From assembly GCF_009914755.1 (NCBI RefSeq), contig NC_060925.1: a stretch of 64,000 nt of DNA. One strand, given 5' to 3'. The position numbers were made by a program, and so were the translations under genes. Source of the stretch: the human T2T-CHM13v2.0 reference genome, Homo sapiens. The notes under the pieces are model-generated. The model saw nothing but the letters and a program-made list of their open reading frames with translations. It did no database searches and had not been told where the DNA came from. Positions 28,340-41,338 of the stretch are shown here, in pieces. How positions within the stretch are numbered: position 1 is the first letter of the stretch; each line of letters begins with the position of its first letter.

Positions 28340-28850
28340 TGCTGTATCTGCAAAGCCTCACCTCTCAGCCTGCCTGGCCATGCCTACTCATCTTTGAAGA
28401 CATAGATTCAGCTTCACCTTCTCCTAATATTTGTTCTGACTAGCCCTCTTTCTCTCCTCATTGCCTGGGAGCATAGAGACTTCTATCTCCTATAGACTCT
28501 CATCCCAGGATAGGGCTCTTGACTCCCTAAGGCACCGAATATACCTTAGAAGTATTTTCATTCCTAGTACAGGATCAGGAACACAGCACTTATTCAATAA
28601 AATTAACGAATGAATGAGCAAATGAAACCAGTGGAAAGAGTTTGGACTTAGACTCAATCAGATCTGTGTGTGAAATCTAACTTGATCACTTATTAACCAT
28701 GTGGCTTTGGGTAATTTACTTAGTGTTTCTTAGTTTCATTATAGACATTTGTGAAATGGGACTAATAATAACATCTTCTTCCCAGAGTTTTTGTAAAGCT
28801 TAAATACAATAAATATATCAAGTACATAATAAGCATTAAATTAAGTATAG
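28340..28850 (+). mobile_element. L2 3' end followed by a MIR
   Basis: CCTACTCATCTTTGAAGAC...TTCAATAAAATTAACGAATGAATG; then TTTGGACTTAGAC...TGTGGCTTTGGGTAATTTACTT...TGTGAAATGGGACTAATAATA. Confidence 0.65.
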
Positions 28851-31635
28851 TTCTCCTTCCCCTGTGAATACGTAAGTGTGTGAATTTATATCTGCATGAT
28901 AAAGGCTGAAATAACCAAGGCCAGTAGAAGCATGTATAATTTGGCCTTTTCAGGAAATCTTCCCTGCTCCCCGTCTTTCTACCCACCATGAGGATTCTTT
29001 CTCAGGATGGTTTGCAATATTTGTCTAGTTTAATGTACTCTTGGAGATTTAGCGAGTTATCTACAAGGCTTGAATCAATTCTGATTGGTTTTCCCATTTC
29101 CAAAAATGGCGAGTTAAGAACTAATGTATTTAACCATCTTCAGTCATTTACTTCAGACAGTTAATTAGTTTTTAATTTTACAAATGTCATGATCAATTTT
29201 CTTATCACTTCCACAACTTATTCTGTCATGTGTGGCTTCTGGAATGTTTATTATTGGACTGACACTATTTAGAATGCAATAATAATATTATTGTTAGTAA
29301 TAATAATAATATGAAAAAGTAATCGCTAATACACAAAATGAAGCTAGAGAGAAAGTGTTTTAAAAGAAACAATAAAAAGCAAATCTGAATTTATAATGTT
29401 TCATTCAACAACTAAAACATCCAAATATCTAAGAGATTTAATGGCTCATCTTATGGCTGCTGAGAAAAAAGAAATAACCTATTCATATGAGGCCCTGAAT
29501 ACAGAATAGTAAAGACATAAGGCATTGTAATATTTCAAGCATCTTTAGTTTGCGTTCTGGAAGGCAGAAATGGGGCTTTACATTGTTCGTCTAACATGGG
29601 AAATATTGGAAAATGAGAGTCTGAATGAGAATAATTAATAATAAATTCTTGCAATTACAAAGCATGTTTCATCCCAACATCCTTAGGAGTTTAATGCTCC
29701 TTAGGCACTGTTTAATGCTCCTCTCATGCAATTGACTTACAACATACTGACATGGGGAATCAAAGGCAAAATAGCACTTAACATTGAAAGATTGAGCCAC
29801 TGCAGCAAGACCAAACACAAAGCTCATTCTAGTAAACTGCTTTTTTTCTTTAAAAAAATATCGGGTTTTTTTTTAGAAGCTAATAAAGCCAGCCAAAGCT
29901 GTTAGCCTCATCCCACAGTCATTGCTCTGTAGCTTGGACTAGCCCTTCTTGTTGCCATGATAGGTCAAATTAATTCTTCATTTTTATGCACAGTCATGAC
30001 CCTTCTCTTTGCTGGCCCATTGGGACATATATTAATCATCTTTTAGTAGCCCATTAAGTGTAGTCGTATCCTGTGGCAACTAGGTCTCTATTAATTTCAA
30101 AGTCTTTAGCTTTATGCAGCATATCCAATAATGCATTTTTCCATCTGTTCATGTAAAGAGCAAGATTGGAGATAATGGTCAAAACAGTGCTTTGTAAATT
30201 TTCATTAGATCACACATTTTTGGGGGGTGGAGGACAATCCTCTAAATTATATGAATTAACTCTATGGACTATATAATAGGATCATTCTCACAAGTAAATA
30301 CATAGTTGTTAGTCCAATATCTGTGTACTGATACAAAGATGAATAAATATGCATACATTACATTCCTGTTTGGACCTCGATAGACCTGTTTCTAATAAAT
30401 AACAGTCTTGCTGCATCTAGACAGGTCCCCTTTTCTGAAACCTGATGCCTGGAAGGAATAATGCTTAATATTCACAAATGGGATATGTTATATATTAAAT
30501 TTGGGCATGGTAGCAAGAACTTGATTCTAAAAACTGGCATTTATTGAGCAGAATCATGCCTGGCATGTTATCTCTGGTAATTGTCACAATGAAAAGTAGG
30601 TATTCTTTTTCAAATTTTGAAATAAGAAAACTGAACTTCAGAATGGCAAATGATCTAACTGACTGAATTATGTGCCCAAGGTTATTCAGTTAATAAATTA
30701 AGACAAGCTGAAATTTTACTTTGTGGTCAAGAAATTTCTTAAAAGTGATATAATAGAAAAGAAAATTTAAACTGTAACTCATATATTAAAATACTTTAGG
30801 CTAGAGTTTGCTATTCAACAATTAGTCTGCTATCTCCAGGGTGGCAGGGGTTGTGTCCATTTTATTTATCACTATCCACCATGCCTATGCAGTTTCTGTC
30901 ACAGAGCAGGTGAATAAATATACGTAGAATAAATGAGTGAGTGAAAACCATCCTTTATGGACATGCCTGTCACCTTAAAAATGACCACACATATAGATGT
31001 ATCCTAGGCTGAGCTATGCCTTGATTTATCCTCTAGGGAGAAGTAAAGTTCATTTATTATGTTAGAAATATCAGAGCAAATCAATCTTCATAAATTATAT
31101 GAAATATTGCTGCTCTTTTTGAGAATGCTCAACATGTTTCTGATGAATTGGACACTTGTACAATTTTGATTTCATGAATTCAGCAGATATTGCTTTGTTG
31201 CTATGCTGGACGGTAGATACATAAAAATGAATAAGATAGTGACTCTATCCTCAGTAACTGGCATAACATAATGGCAAACAATGGGATCAGAAAGAAAAAA
31301 CCTTAGAAACCTGTGACCTTGGGCATATTACTTAGCTTATTTGAACTTGGTTTTCTCATTTCTTTTATTGACTGTTTACTTTCGGTGTGTTTTAGGAGTG
31401 TCTCTTATAAATAGCATATTGCTGGATTTAAAAAAATCCAGTATGATAATATTTATCTTTTACCTGAAGAGCTTAGGCAATTTATTTTGATATATTTGAA
31501 CTGTTCCTACTTTCTTATTTTATGCCTTCTATTTGTCCCTCTTTTTCTGTTACTTTTTTCCTATGCCTTTTTTCGCCTTATTTTATATTGGATGAGTTTC
31601 CAGTAGCCTCCACTGCCCCACCAATCTTTCTCCTC

Positions 31636-32820
31636 TGCTATGTTTAAATGTATCTCCTCCTGAGTTTTTAATAATATTCATTCTGACTGACGTGAGATGG
31701 TATCTCATTGTGGTTTTGATTTGCGTTTCTCTAAAGATCAGTAATATTGAGGTTTTTTTCATATGCTTCTTGGTTGCATGTATGTCTTCTTTTGAAAAGT
31801 GTCTGCTTACGTACTTTGCCCACTTTTCAATGGGGTTGTTTCAATGTTATTCCTATCAAACTACCAATGACATTCTTCACAGAACTAGAAAAAAACTATT
31901 TTAAAATTTGTATCAAACCAAAAAAGAACTTGAATAGCCAAGGCAATCCTAAGCAAAGAGAACAAAAATGGAGACATCATGTTACCTGACTTCAAACTAT
32001 ACTACAGGACTACAGTAGCCAAAACAGCATGGTGCTGATACAAAAACAGGCACAGAGACCAATGGAACAGAATAGAGAGCCCAGAAATAAGGCTGCACAT
32101 CTCTGACCATCTCCTCTTCAATAAAGCTGACAAAAACAGGCAATGGGGAAAAGACTCCCTATTCAATAAATGGTGCTGAGATAAGTGGCTAGCCATATGC
32201 AGAAGACTGAAGCTTGATCTCTACCTTATACCATATACAAAAATTGACTCAAGATGGATTAAAGACTTAAATGTAAAACCCAAAAGTATAAAAACCCTGG
32301 AAGGCAGCCTAGGCAAGACCATCCTGGACATAGGAACAGGCAAGTGTTTCATGACAAAGACACCAAAAGCAAAAATTGACAAATGGGATCTAATTAAACC
32401 TAAGAGCTTCTACACAGCAAACGAAACCGTTAACCGAGTAAACAGACAACCTACAGAATGGGAGAAAATATTTGCAAACTATGCAACAGACAAAGGTCTA
32501 ATGTCCAGCATCTACAAGGAACTTAAACAAATAAACATACAAGAGAAAATGTTGTTGAGAGTGGATTTGTTATAAAAGTGAGTGTGGCTCCCTTTTGTTC
32601 TCTCACCCACTCTTAACACTCCGTCTCATGTTTTCTCTCTCTCTCTCTCTTGCCATGTGATACCTTCTCCCACAAGCTGACTCAGCAAGAATGCCCTGAA
32701 CAGATGCAGCCCCTTTACCTTGAACTTCCCAGCCTCCAAAACTATACGAAATAAATCTTTATTCTTTATAAATTGCCGTTTCAAGTATTCTGCTATAGGA
32801 ATGCAAAAAGAACTAAGACA
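31636..32820 (+). mobile_element. MST (MSTB/C-like) MaLR LTR, split by an L1 and partly deleted
   Basis: 5' stub TGCTATGTTTAAATGTATCTCC; 3' half at 32555-32820 (TTGCCATGTGA...CTTGAACTTCCCAGCCTCCA...ACTAAGACA); TSD TCCTC/CCCTC. Confidence 0.75.
31665..32548. mobile_element. Primate L1 ORF2 fragment with an inversion (31665-31840 minus, 31841-32548 plus)
   Basis: Antisense CATTCTGACTGACGTGAGATGG...AATGGGGTTGTTT joined to sense TCAATGTTATTCCTATCAAACTACC...AACTTAAACAAAT; ORFs include IPIKLPMTFFTELEK and KIDKWDLIK. Confidence 0.9.
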
Positions 32821-32985
32821 CCCTCTCTACCTTCTTTGGAAGGTATGTGCTTTATACCTATTTCTTCAGTGGTTTCACAATTATTTTAACTTGCAGACTT
32901 AACTAAGTCTAAACTTATTCATATTTTACTCATTGTTCCATGCAATAAAAGATTTTAGAAGTCTTTAACTAATTAACTCCCTTAA

Positions 32986-34051
32986 CTGTAATGGTTAAAT
33001 TTATGTTAATTTTTGAGTGGGTGCCCATTTTAAACATTGTTTCTGGGTGTGTCTGTGAGGGTGATTCTGGATGAGATTAGCATTGGAATCAGTGGACTCA
33101 GTAAATTTGATTGCCCACTGCCCTCCCCAATGTTGAGTGGGTATCATGCAATTTGTTGAGGGCATCAATAGAGCAAAATGTGGAGGAAGGAGGAATTCTC
33201 TCCTTTTTTTCTTGCTTCACCACTTGAGCTGGAACATCTCATCTCATCTTCTACCCATGGACTGTGCTTTATACTATCGGGTCCTCTGGTTCTCAGGCCT
33301 TTGAACTGAGATTGAATTATAGCAGGTTTTAAGATAACATTGTTTTGTTCAACATCATTTCATTATAACATTGATAAGGAAAAAAAAAACAATTCCATGC
33401 TGGGGCCACTGTCTGAATTTACATGCTCTCCCAATATCTAGGTGGGTTTTCCCTGGGTACTCTGGTTTCCCTCCATATTCCAAAGATGTGCATTCTAGGT
33501 TAATTGGCATGTCTAATTTGTCCCAGTAGGAGTGAGTGTGGGTGTGTATGAGTGTGCCCTGCCATGGAATGGCATCCTGTCCAGGGTTGGTTCTGCACTC
33601 TGAGTTGCTGGGATAGATTCTGGCTACCCACAATCCTGAACAGGAATAACTGAGTAAATAATTATCCTAGCTATTTTTTACTTATCTTTTTAAAGTGTAT
33701 GTATAGTTTACATTTATTTCAATGTTTTATATTAGAGGTGTATTGGTCTTTCTTTAGAAGTTTGGTGATGTTTTTTGTGACCAGAATCATGCCATGAGAA
33801 CTTAAATTTTATTTACATCAATTAGCTTATGGTAAAATTGGCTGTGTTGTAAGTCATTTCACTTAAAGTTGCAGCTTCCAAGACTGTCAATGGTGTTAAG
33901 TGAGAACTTACTGTACACCACTGGCTTTTCTGAGTTTCTAGCTTTCAGATGGCAGATCATGGGACTTCACAGCCTCCATAATTGTGAGAGCCAATTCCTC
34001 ATTTTGTACAGATCTCCTATTTGTTCTGTTTCTCTGAAGATCTCATATACA
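32986..34051 (+). mobile_element. MLT2 (C/D-like) ERVL LTR interrupted by MER6
   Basis: TGTAATGGTTAAATTTATG...TTTCTGGGTGTGTCTGTGAGGGTG...GAATTA|CACCACTGGC...TTCTGTTTCTCTG. Confidence 0.85.
33320..33913 (+). mobile_element. MER6A-like TcMar/Tigger non-autonomous DNA transposon
   Basis: TAGCAGG...ATAACATTGTTTTGTTCAACATC start, GTTAAGTGAGAACTTACTG end, TA TSD (33318-19 / 33914-15). Confidence 0.85.
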
Positions 34052-34384
34052 CCAACCTACATGCCTTTGTTTTGAAATACTTTAGATCTAGCTTATTTCT
34101 TAATGTCTTTACCTTCAGCAAATTAGTTATCATGATTGTTTTATATAGTATTGTATTAGCCTGGGCTCCCCAGAAAGCAGAGCCTGAGACAAAGGTTTAT
34201 GAGCCAGTAATGTGGTTTATTTGAAAGTTTGTTAACTGAGGAATGGTGAAGTGAAATAGTGAAGAAAGGAGGGCCAGTGTAAAGGAGGATTGCTGAGTTA
34301 ACCACCAATGGTGTGATTGGGTGTGCAGTTTTTTAGGACCATAGGATAAATCTTATCAAGTGAGTCCCACATTTTTTTCTTTCT

Positions 34385-34868
<484 letters not shown>

Positions 34869-34869
34869 T

Positions 34870-35325
34870 ACACAAAAACAATTAATAGTATCCCCCAACT
34901 GAACCATCTGAAATACTCATCAACAGGTGACTAAATTGTGAGGTGTTCATGAATAACAATAAGCAATAAGAAGAAGCCAGCTACTAAAATAGGCAACAAT
35001 ATGAATGAATTTAAAAAATACCTTGCAGTGAAAAGTGAAATACATAAAAGACCACATCTGTTTGATTCCATTTATTTGAATGTTTAGGAAAGACAAAGCA
35101 GACAGCAGATCAGTGGTTGCGGGAAACTGAAGACAGAGGGTGGTGATTGGCTGCAAAGAGGCACGAGGTAACTTTTTGGAATGATGGAGATGCTTTGCAT
35201 CTTGATTGTGGCGGTAGATACACTGCAGCATACTATGTCAAAAATTTTTTGAAATGTACCCTCAAAACGTATGCATCTTATTGTATATTAACTTTTCCTC
35301 AGTAAGTTGATTTAAAAGAAGAAAA
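34870..35325 (+). mobile_element. L1ME/MC 3' end
   Basis: GCAACAATATGAATGAATTT...TGATTCCATTTAT...CAGATCAGTGGTTGC...CTTGATTGTGGCGGT...AAGTTGATTTAAAA. Confidence 0.75.
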
Positions 35326-37824
35326 GAGTCTCAGACTGAAGTGTTATTCACTGGCTCCCAGTTCCTGAGAGCAAAAAATTTTGGTTATCCCTTGGGACAT
35401 TGATTACTTTCTAGTCTTGGGTTGAATAAGTGTGAGAATCCCCATGGCAGCAGGTGAGAGGTGCAGTGCTGTCAGGCTGCAGCTATGTGAAGTTGATTGA
35501 AATCTTTATACAATTGGTTTGTGCAGCTGTAGCTGGAATCAAAGATGTGGCAAAGGGAAGTTGAAGAGGTACACAGAAATGTCCAGTTTGGAGGTCAACA
35601 TTCATGGATGTGTTTATATGTTTACAATACTTACATATTTACCATTAAAATGTTAATGTTTCTTCTTGGTTCTTGGATTATTTCCTTCTAAAATTTCCAA
35701 AATTGATGAAGCAACACAATTAACCAGATATAGGAAGCTTAAAAAATCCCAAGCAGGAAATTATAAGAATATTACACCTAGGTAATTCCTTTGCAGAAAA
35801 TCCTTGGCAGTTTCCCTTAGTGAAGATCTTTTTTTGTAGTAAAAACCTCAGTTTTTGTTTATCTGAGAATGTCTATTTCTCCCCTACTCTGTTCTTGAGA
35901 GATTGCTTTCATATTTCAACATAAGTAAAACTCTATGCTGAAAGTTGTTTTCTCTCAAAACATTAAAGATACTATTTTACTATCTGTGACTTCTATTGGT
36001 GATATGTGATTTCAGCCTTCAATTTAACTGCCTTGGTTCTTTGTAGATGAGCTGTCATTTTTATCTGGCTGCATTTATGTTCTTTTTAATTTTGTATATT
36101 ACCATTTCATTTTGATTTGTCTAGGTATGATATTCTTATAATTTTCTGTTTGAGATTTGTTGGCTTCCTGCATCTGATAATTATTATTGCTTCATCAGTT
36201 TTGGAAATTTCTCAGCCATTATGTCTTTGAATATTGTTGCTTTCCCATTCCTCCTATTAATTCTATCTGGAACTTTGATTAGATTGTCTCATTTTTATTT
36301 CTGTCAATCTGTATTTATATTTTGTTTCTTTGTGCCTCTCAAGTGCATTCTTGATAATTTTTAAAATTTTATTTTCTGGTGCACTAATTCTTTCTTCAGT
36401 GGTATCTATTCTACTGTTTAATCCATCTATTGATTCCTTTACCTTAAATACTTATTTTTTTATTTATAGGAGTTCTATTTTGATTCTCTTTCACATGTGC
36501 TTGATCTTTGTAATCTGACATTCACTGCTAATATTTTCATGCTTTTTTATTGAAACAGATCAAAGTTATTCATTTTTATATTCTGTGTGTGACTATTAAT
36601 TTCTGAAGTTCTAGCGGGTGTAGCTTATTTCTGTTGCTTCTCCCGATTCTCATTCATAGTCTCTTCTCTTTAGGTATGTTTTGTGATTTTTTTTTCATTG
36701 TGCATGGCCCATTTTTCATATGTCTTGTAGATTCTGTGCTATTCTCCAAGTATTAGGCTGCTTTTAATTTCTTTAGAGAAAATTTATATTTGTTTCTGGC
36801 AGTTACCTGTTGACATTATCCACTTTAGAACTTTATTCTAAATTAAATTATCCACTTCTGTATTTTATAATGATATATGTAACACACATTTAGATCACCA
36901 ACCTCTCTGAGGGCTAGTTGCATTTATAGACTGTCAGGAGATATTTTTTATTTTAGCCATTCAGAACCAAGATTATCGCATGAAGGCTCTTTGCTGATCA
37001 TTACCGCATAGCATATTCTGTTTTGAACTTAATCTTACATCAAGGGTAGAGACCTTTGATATTCCATTGAATGCAAGTATCTTCTACTAGATCCTTTACC
37101 TTGGATCACCTTGGATTTTATCTCCTAACTGCCGCTTGTACTGCATCTGTCAAAGATGAATCCCAAGATTTCCAAGGCTTGGCAGAAACTCTCAGGACAA
37201 AAGCCAAATTTGGAATCTACTTTACTCCAAGGTTCTGTGACTTTGCTTTTAGTTCTATGAATTCCTTAATATTGTGCCTACTCAATAATACATTTAAAAT
37301 TATTTTGCATTTTATCTGGCATCTTGAGTGTCTCAATAGAAAAATTTAGATATCAGGAATATAGTCTTCATAACATTAGAAACAGTTCCTGACTCTCACT
37401 TTTTCCCTAAACTTATCTTTTAATCATTTTAATCATTTAAACTTAATTTGAGCACCCTCATTCTTCTCTTTCTGATTCCTTTTCTTCTCCAGGTTGTTAT
37501 TTCCTTCATCTCTGATTCTATTTCCTGGCTCTTACTATGTTTTCCCTTCCCTGATAAAATAAAAATTGGAGAGAACACAATATCAACCATTTACAGTTCT
37601 TGGTGATAGATTGATTTATTACATTCTAATGTAGTTTTAATCTTTCAGTCACTTACCTTTTATCTTTTCCTGCCTTATGAAAAGAGGACTTTCTCTCCTT
37701 TTGTTTGCTGACATTTGAAATTCTTCTAATAGGGGACAAATTGCTTTTGGGCATAAATACTACTGAAACTCATTTTCCACGAGTCTATGCTGATGACAAA
37801 TGTAATTTAATAGTCTAGTTATAA

Positions 37825-38060
37825 TAATAGCCCCCTTCTATTGAACACCTGGTATTTGCCAGGCACCATGTTAAGTGCTTTATGTATATGAGCTGAAATT
37901 GTCACAACCACCTGGTAAGGTGAATATTATTGCCTTTATTCTATCAATGAGGAAAACTGAGGCTCCAGTCGGTAAGGTCATTTATCCAAGTTTACACAGT
38001 GAGTAAGTGAGATTCTTCTCTGGTTCCCAATCCTGTCTTTTCTTTCCACTGTCTTACACT
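37825..38060 (-). mobile_element. MIR
   Basis: TATTGAACACCTGGTATTTGCCAGGCACCATGTTAAGTGCTTTA...ATGAGGAAAACTGAGGCTC. Confidence 0.8.
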
Positions 38061-39636
38061 GTTTTTTTTGACTAGCTTAACTTACAAAAATTGGCTCATG
38101 ATCTCTCCCCTTGGATCACTGTTAAGTTTTATGTGGAAAAAATAAGAAGGTTTAGATCTAGTTGTATTTCTGTGAGACTTATTTCCAGTTTCCAGGTAGA
38201 GGCTGGAGGTTTCGAGATAGGACCATTGGGTCATATGTTTTTGCTTCCTGTATGCATTTCTTCTAACACCAGAAGCCTAGCTGATAAATTCTCTGTTTCA
38301 GACTTTCCCAAACCCAAATTTTACCCCTGCTTTAGCCATAAGACTCTCTGAATTATAATTTTAATTTTGGAAGCATTTGATATTATTTCAGTTAGTGTCA
38401 ATGCTATGATTGGTTCCTTTACTAACGTTCTAGAATATATCCCTAATGCCTCATATATTTCAAGCTCTAGTAATAAAGTGTCTGACAATAAAGTATGCTG
38501 TTTGAGCATGGCATCTTTATTAATAGAGGTATGACTCTACTTCCCTCACAAAATCCTTTTTGGATGAAAGCTAAGGCAGATCAGCCTTAGCTAAAATTTG
38601 CATATTCTCCAGAGTGGTTCTGGAGCACTGCTTTTAAACTCAGTCATTGCCTTATGCTCTCTTTTCATTTCAGATAAATGAGAATCATACCTTGCTTCCA
38701 ATCTCCCTAGATGAGGAGGGTGTTAAGTGGGTAGATAGGGAAGCCAATTAAATGCTTTGAATTCCTAAGACAAACTATTATAAGTCAAGCTATCATAATT
38801 ATAAAGGAGTTTATTGCATTTGTAAAAAACAAATTTAAGTAGAGTAGCAATTGAGTTTGCCATGCAGAGCTTATAAAAATACAGTGTTAAACTGTTTGTA
38901 TGTTAACATCTGTAGAGTGTAAAACACTGTAAGGTTGTAGCTTTCATGTTTTAAATGTGTAAAATAATGTCTTCTAAGTTGCTTATCTGATTAGCTATTT
39001 TCTGTGTTCTAATGAATAGTTCCTTGTGAGGGAGACTTATAGAAAAGTCAAAGGTGAGAAAGCCTGGAATTGGGCAACAGAAGAGCATTCTCTGGGTGAC
39101 CATCCCCATGCCCCATTGTATACTTAGCAATCACATGCAGGAGTACTGGTATAAATCTCAGGCCAAGCAAAGATTTGCCAAAATGGCAAATTTGGTTCTA
39201 CAGTGTTGTGGTTGTTCAAGATGTATGTTATTTATTAATTTGGGAAGAATTAATAATATGTTTATTCCATGCTCAGAGCTAGGGGTTCAAAGGTGATTAA
39301 GTAAAAATTGTTACCTGGAGAGAGATATGACACCAAATCACAATAGAGTGAGGGTAAGCTCATCACACAACAGTGGACACACCAGACTCATGAGAGGGAG
39401 GAAGGGAAAAATTCTATCCAGGGATATTAGGGAAGGTGAATTAGGGAAGGTGAACATTACTAGGAGTAAAAAATTACTGTAATACTAAAGTAAAATACAC
39501 TGTTCCTTGGATGTTGTATAGTTTGGTGCTGCACTTAGCAATAAGCCCACATTTAAATTCCCTTAGCTTCAATTTGGGGAAAATAAAGCAAGGAAAACCA
39601 ACTGCAACCAAAAACTGTAAAAGTTCAAACCCAACG

Positions 39637-39667
39637 CGTGTGTGTGTGTCTGTGTGTGTATGTGTGT
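39637..39667. repeat. Imperfect (TG)n
   Basis: GCGTGTGTGTGTGTCTGTGTGTGTATGTGTG. Confidence 0.85.
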
Positions 39668-40878
39668 AGGGAAGAGAAAAATTCCACTTTCTGTCCCCGC
39701 TCCTTCCTCCTCCAGCCCCCAAACCTCTCAAATCGGAGCTCAGTCTCCATAAAGAAGCTGAAACGTGACATTTTCTCTAAACAGACTCAGTAGCTAAACT
39801 ATAAAATGAAGCTTCTTTATTGGCATAATTTCTCTGTTGTGTTTCCACAAGGCAGATCTTCTCATTATGATGGCATCCACCCACATCCAGGGGAAAAGGG
39901 AGCCCATGACTGTTCGCACACCTTTCTGATGGCTCTCTCTTCCTTTCCATTCCCTTGCTCAGTTATGCTTAGTTGTGGCGCTTTGAAGCCTTTCCCCACA
40001 ACCAGACTTCATCAATTCAGTGGATCAGATGAGCTTTTCTCTCTTCAGGTGTCTGGCAGGAAGTGTATTAAGCTGGACTTTATGAGCAGTCTTTAAAAAT
40101 GGCTTCTTTGGTGTGAGGATATTTCAAAGAGGAACCGAAATTGCTAATTTTAGCTCATTCCCAAGGGAACTTGTTTGCATGGCCCAGGGTGACAGCTTTA
40201 GATGTGTCTTTTAAAGCAGAAGGCAATGGTGCCATTTGCAGTCTGAGCACCTGGGCTCTGCCCCACTTGTCTTGTAACCTGCAGTGGGTTATTGCTCTCC
40301 CTTAGATAAAATTGACATAGCATCTTTTATTTCTGGCTGGAGTAGACCTGGTACAAGAAAGAACATTCCAGGATGTAAATAAACGTCCACTTATCTGATA
40401 TTTATTTTCAGAGGGATCCTTGAGACAGTTCATTGCTTGTCTCTAGAGTCCCGGTGTCTTCTTTCAGCAAGGGCTGGGTGTTTGGATGAACTTTAAAGCT
40501 TCCTGATTTTTGATGTGGTGCTGAAACAGAAGCTTTGATGCTTTAAGCTGCTGACTGCAGAGGAATCTCAGGGTTTAAAGCTTATCAGCAGACGCACAGA
40601 ACCCACAATATCCAGAAACATTTCCCTCCATAGTAGAAACACTGGGAATTGCATGGGTTCCATGATAGCAAAGGACAGGCTCAATTTGTTACACAGAGAC
40701 CTCAAGAGCTGCTCCCTGACTCCCTAACCTGCCCCAGCACCCAGCATTTCCCTGCTCCCGCTCTCAGGTTTCCACCATACGGAACCCCAACCAGCCATGG
40801 GGAAGCATTTTATTTCTAGGCATCCTGTCCTTTGATTTTCTTTAGTCGGGATGCTCTTTTTTTTTTTCTTTGTCCTGG

Positions 40879-41338
40879 TGTGTTAGTTTCCTATGGCTGC
40901 TGCCACAAAATATAACAAGCTAGGTGGCTTATAACAACAGAAATATACTATTTTATAGTTCTGAGGGCTAGAAGTCCAAGATCAAAGTGTCTGCTCTCTC
41001 CAAAACCTGTAGGAAAATCCTTCCTTGTGTCTTCTTAGCTTTTGGAGGTTTGTGGGCAATCTTTGGCATTCTTTGGTTTGTAAATGGATCACTCCAATCC
41101 TCTGTCTTCACATGGTATTCTCCCTGTTTTCATATTGTCTTCCCTCTATGTGTGTCTGTCTCTGTGTCCAAACTTGCCCTTTTTACAAGGACACCAGCCC
41201 ATTGGATAAGGGTCCACTCTAATGACCTTATTTCGACTTGATTTTCTCCATAAACACCTTAAAATAAGGCCAAATTCTGAGATACTGGGGGCTAAGACTC
41301 CAATATATCTTTTGTAGGAGGACGTTAAACTCTTAACA
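40879..41338 (-). mobile_element. MLT1 (B/C-like) MaLR solo LTR
   Basis: TGTGTTAGTTTCCTATGGCTGCTG...AACAACAGAAAT...GAAGTCCAAGATCAA...TAACA; perfect 5-bp TSD CCTGG (40874-78 / 41339-43). Confidence 0.88.
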
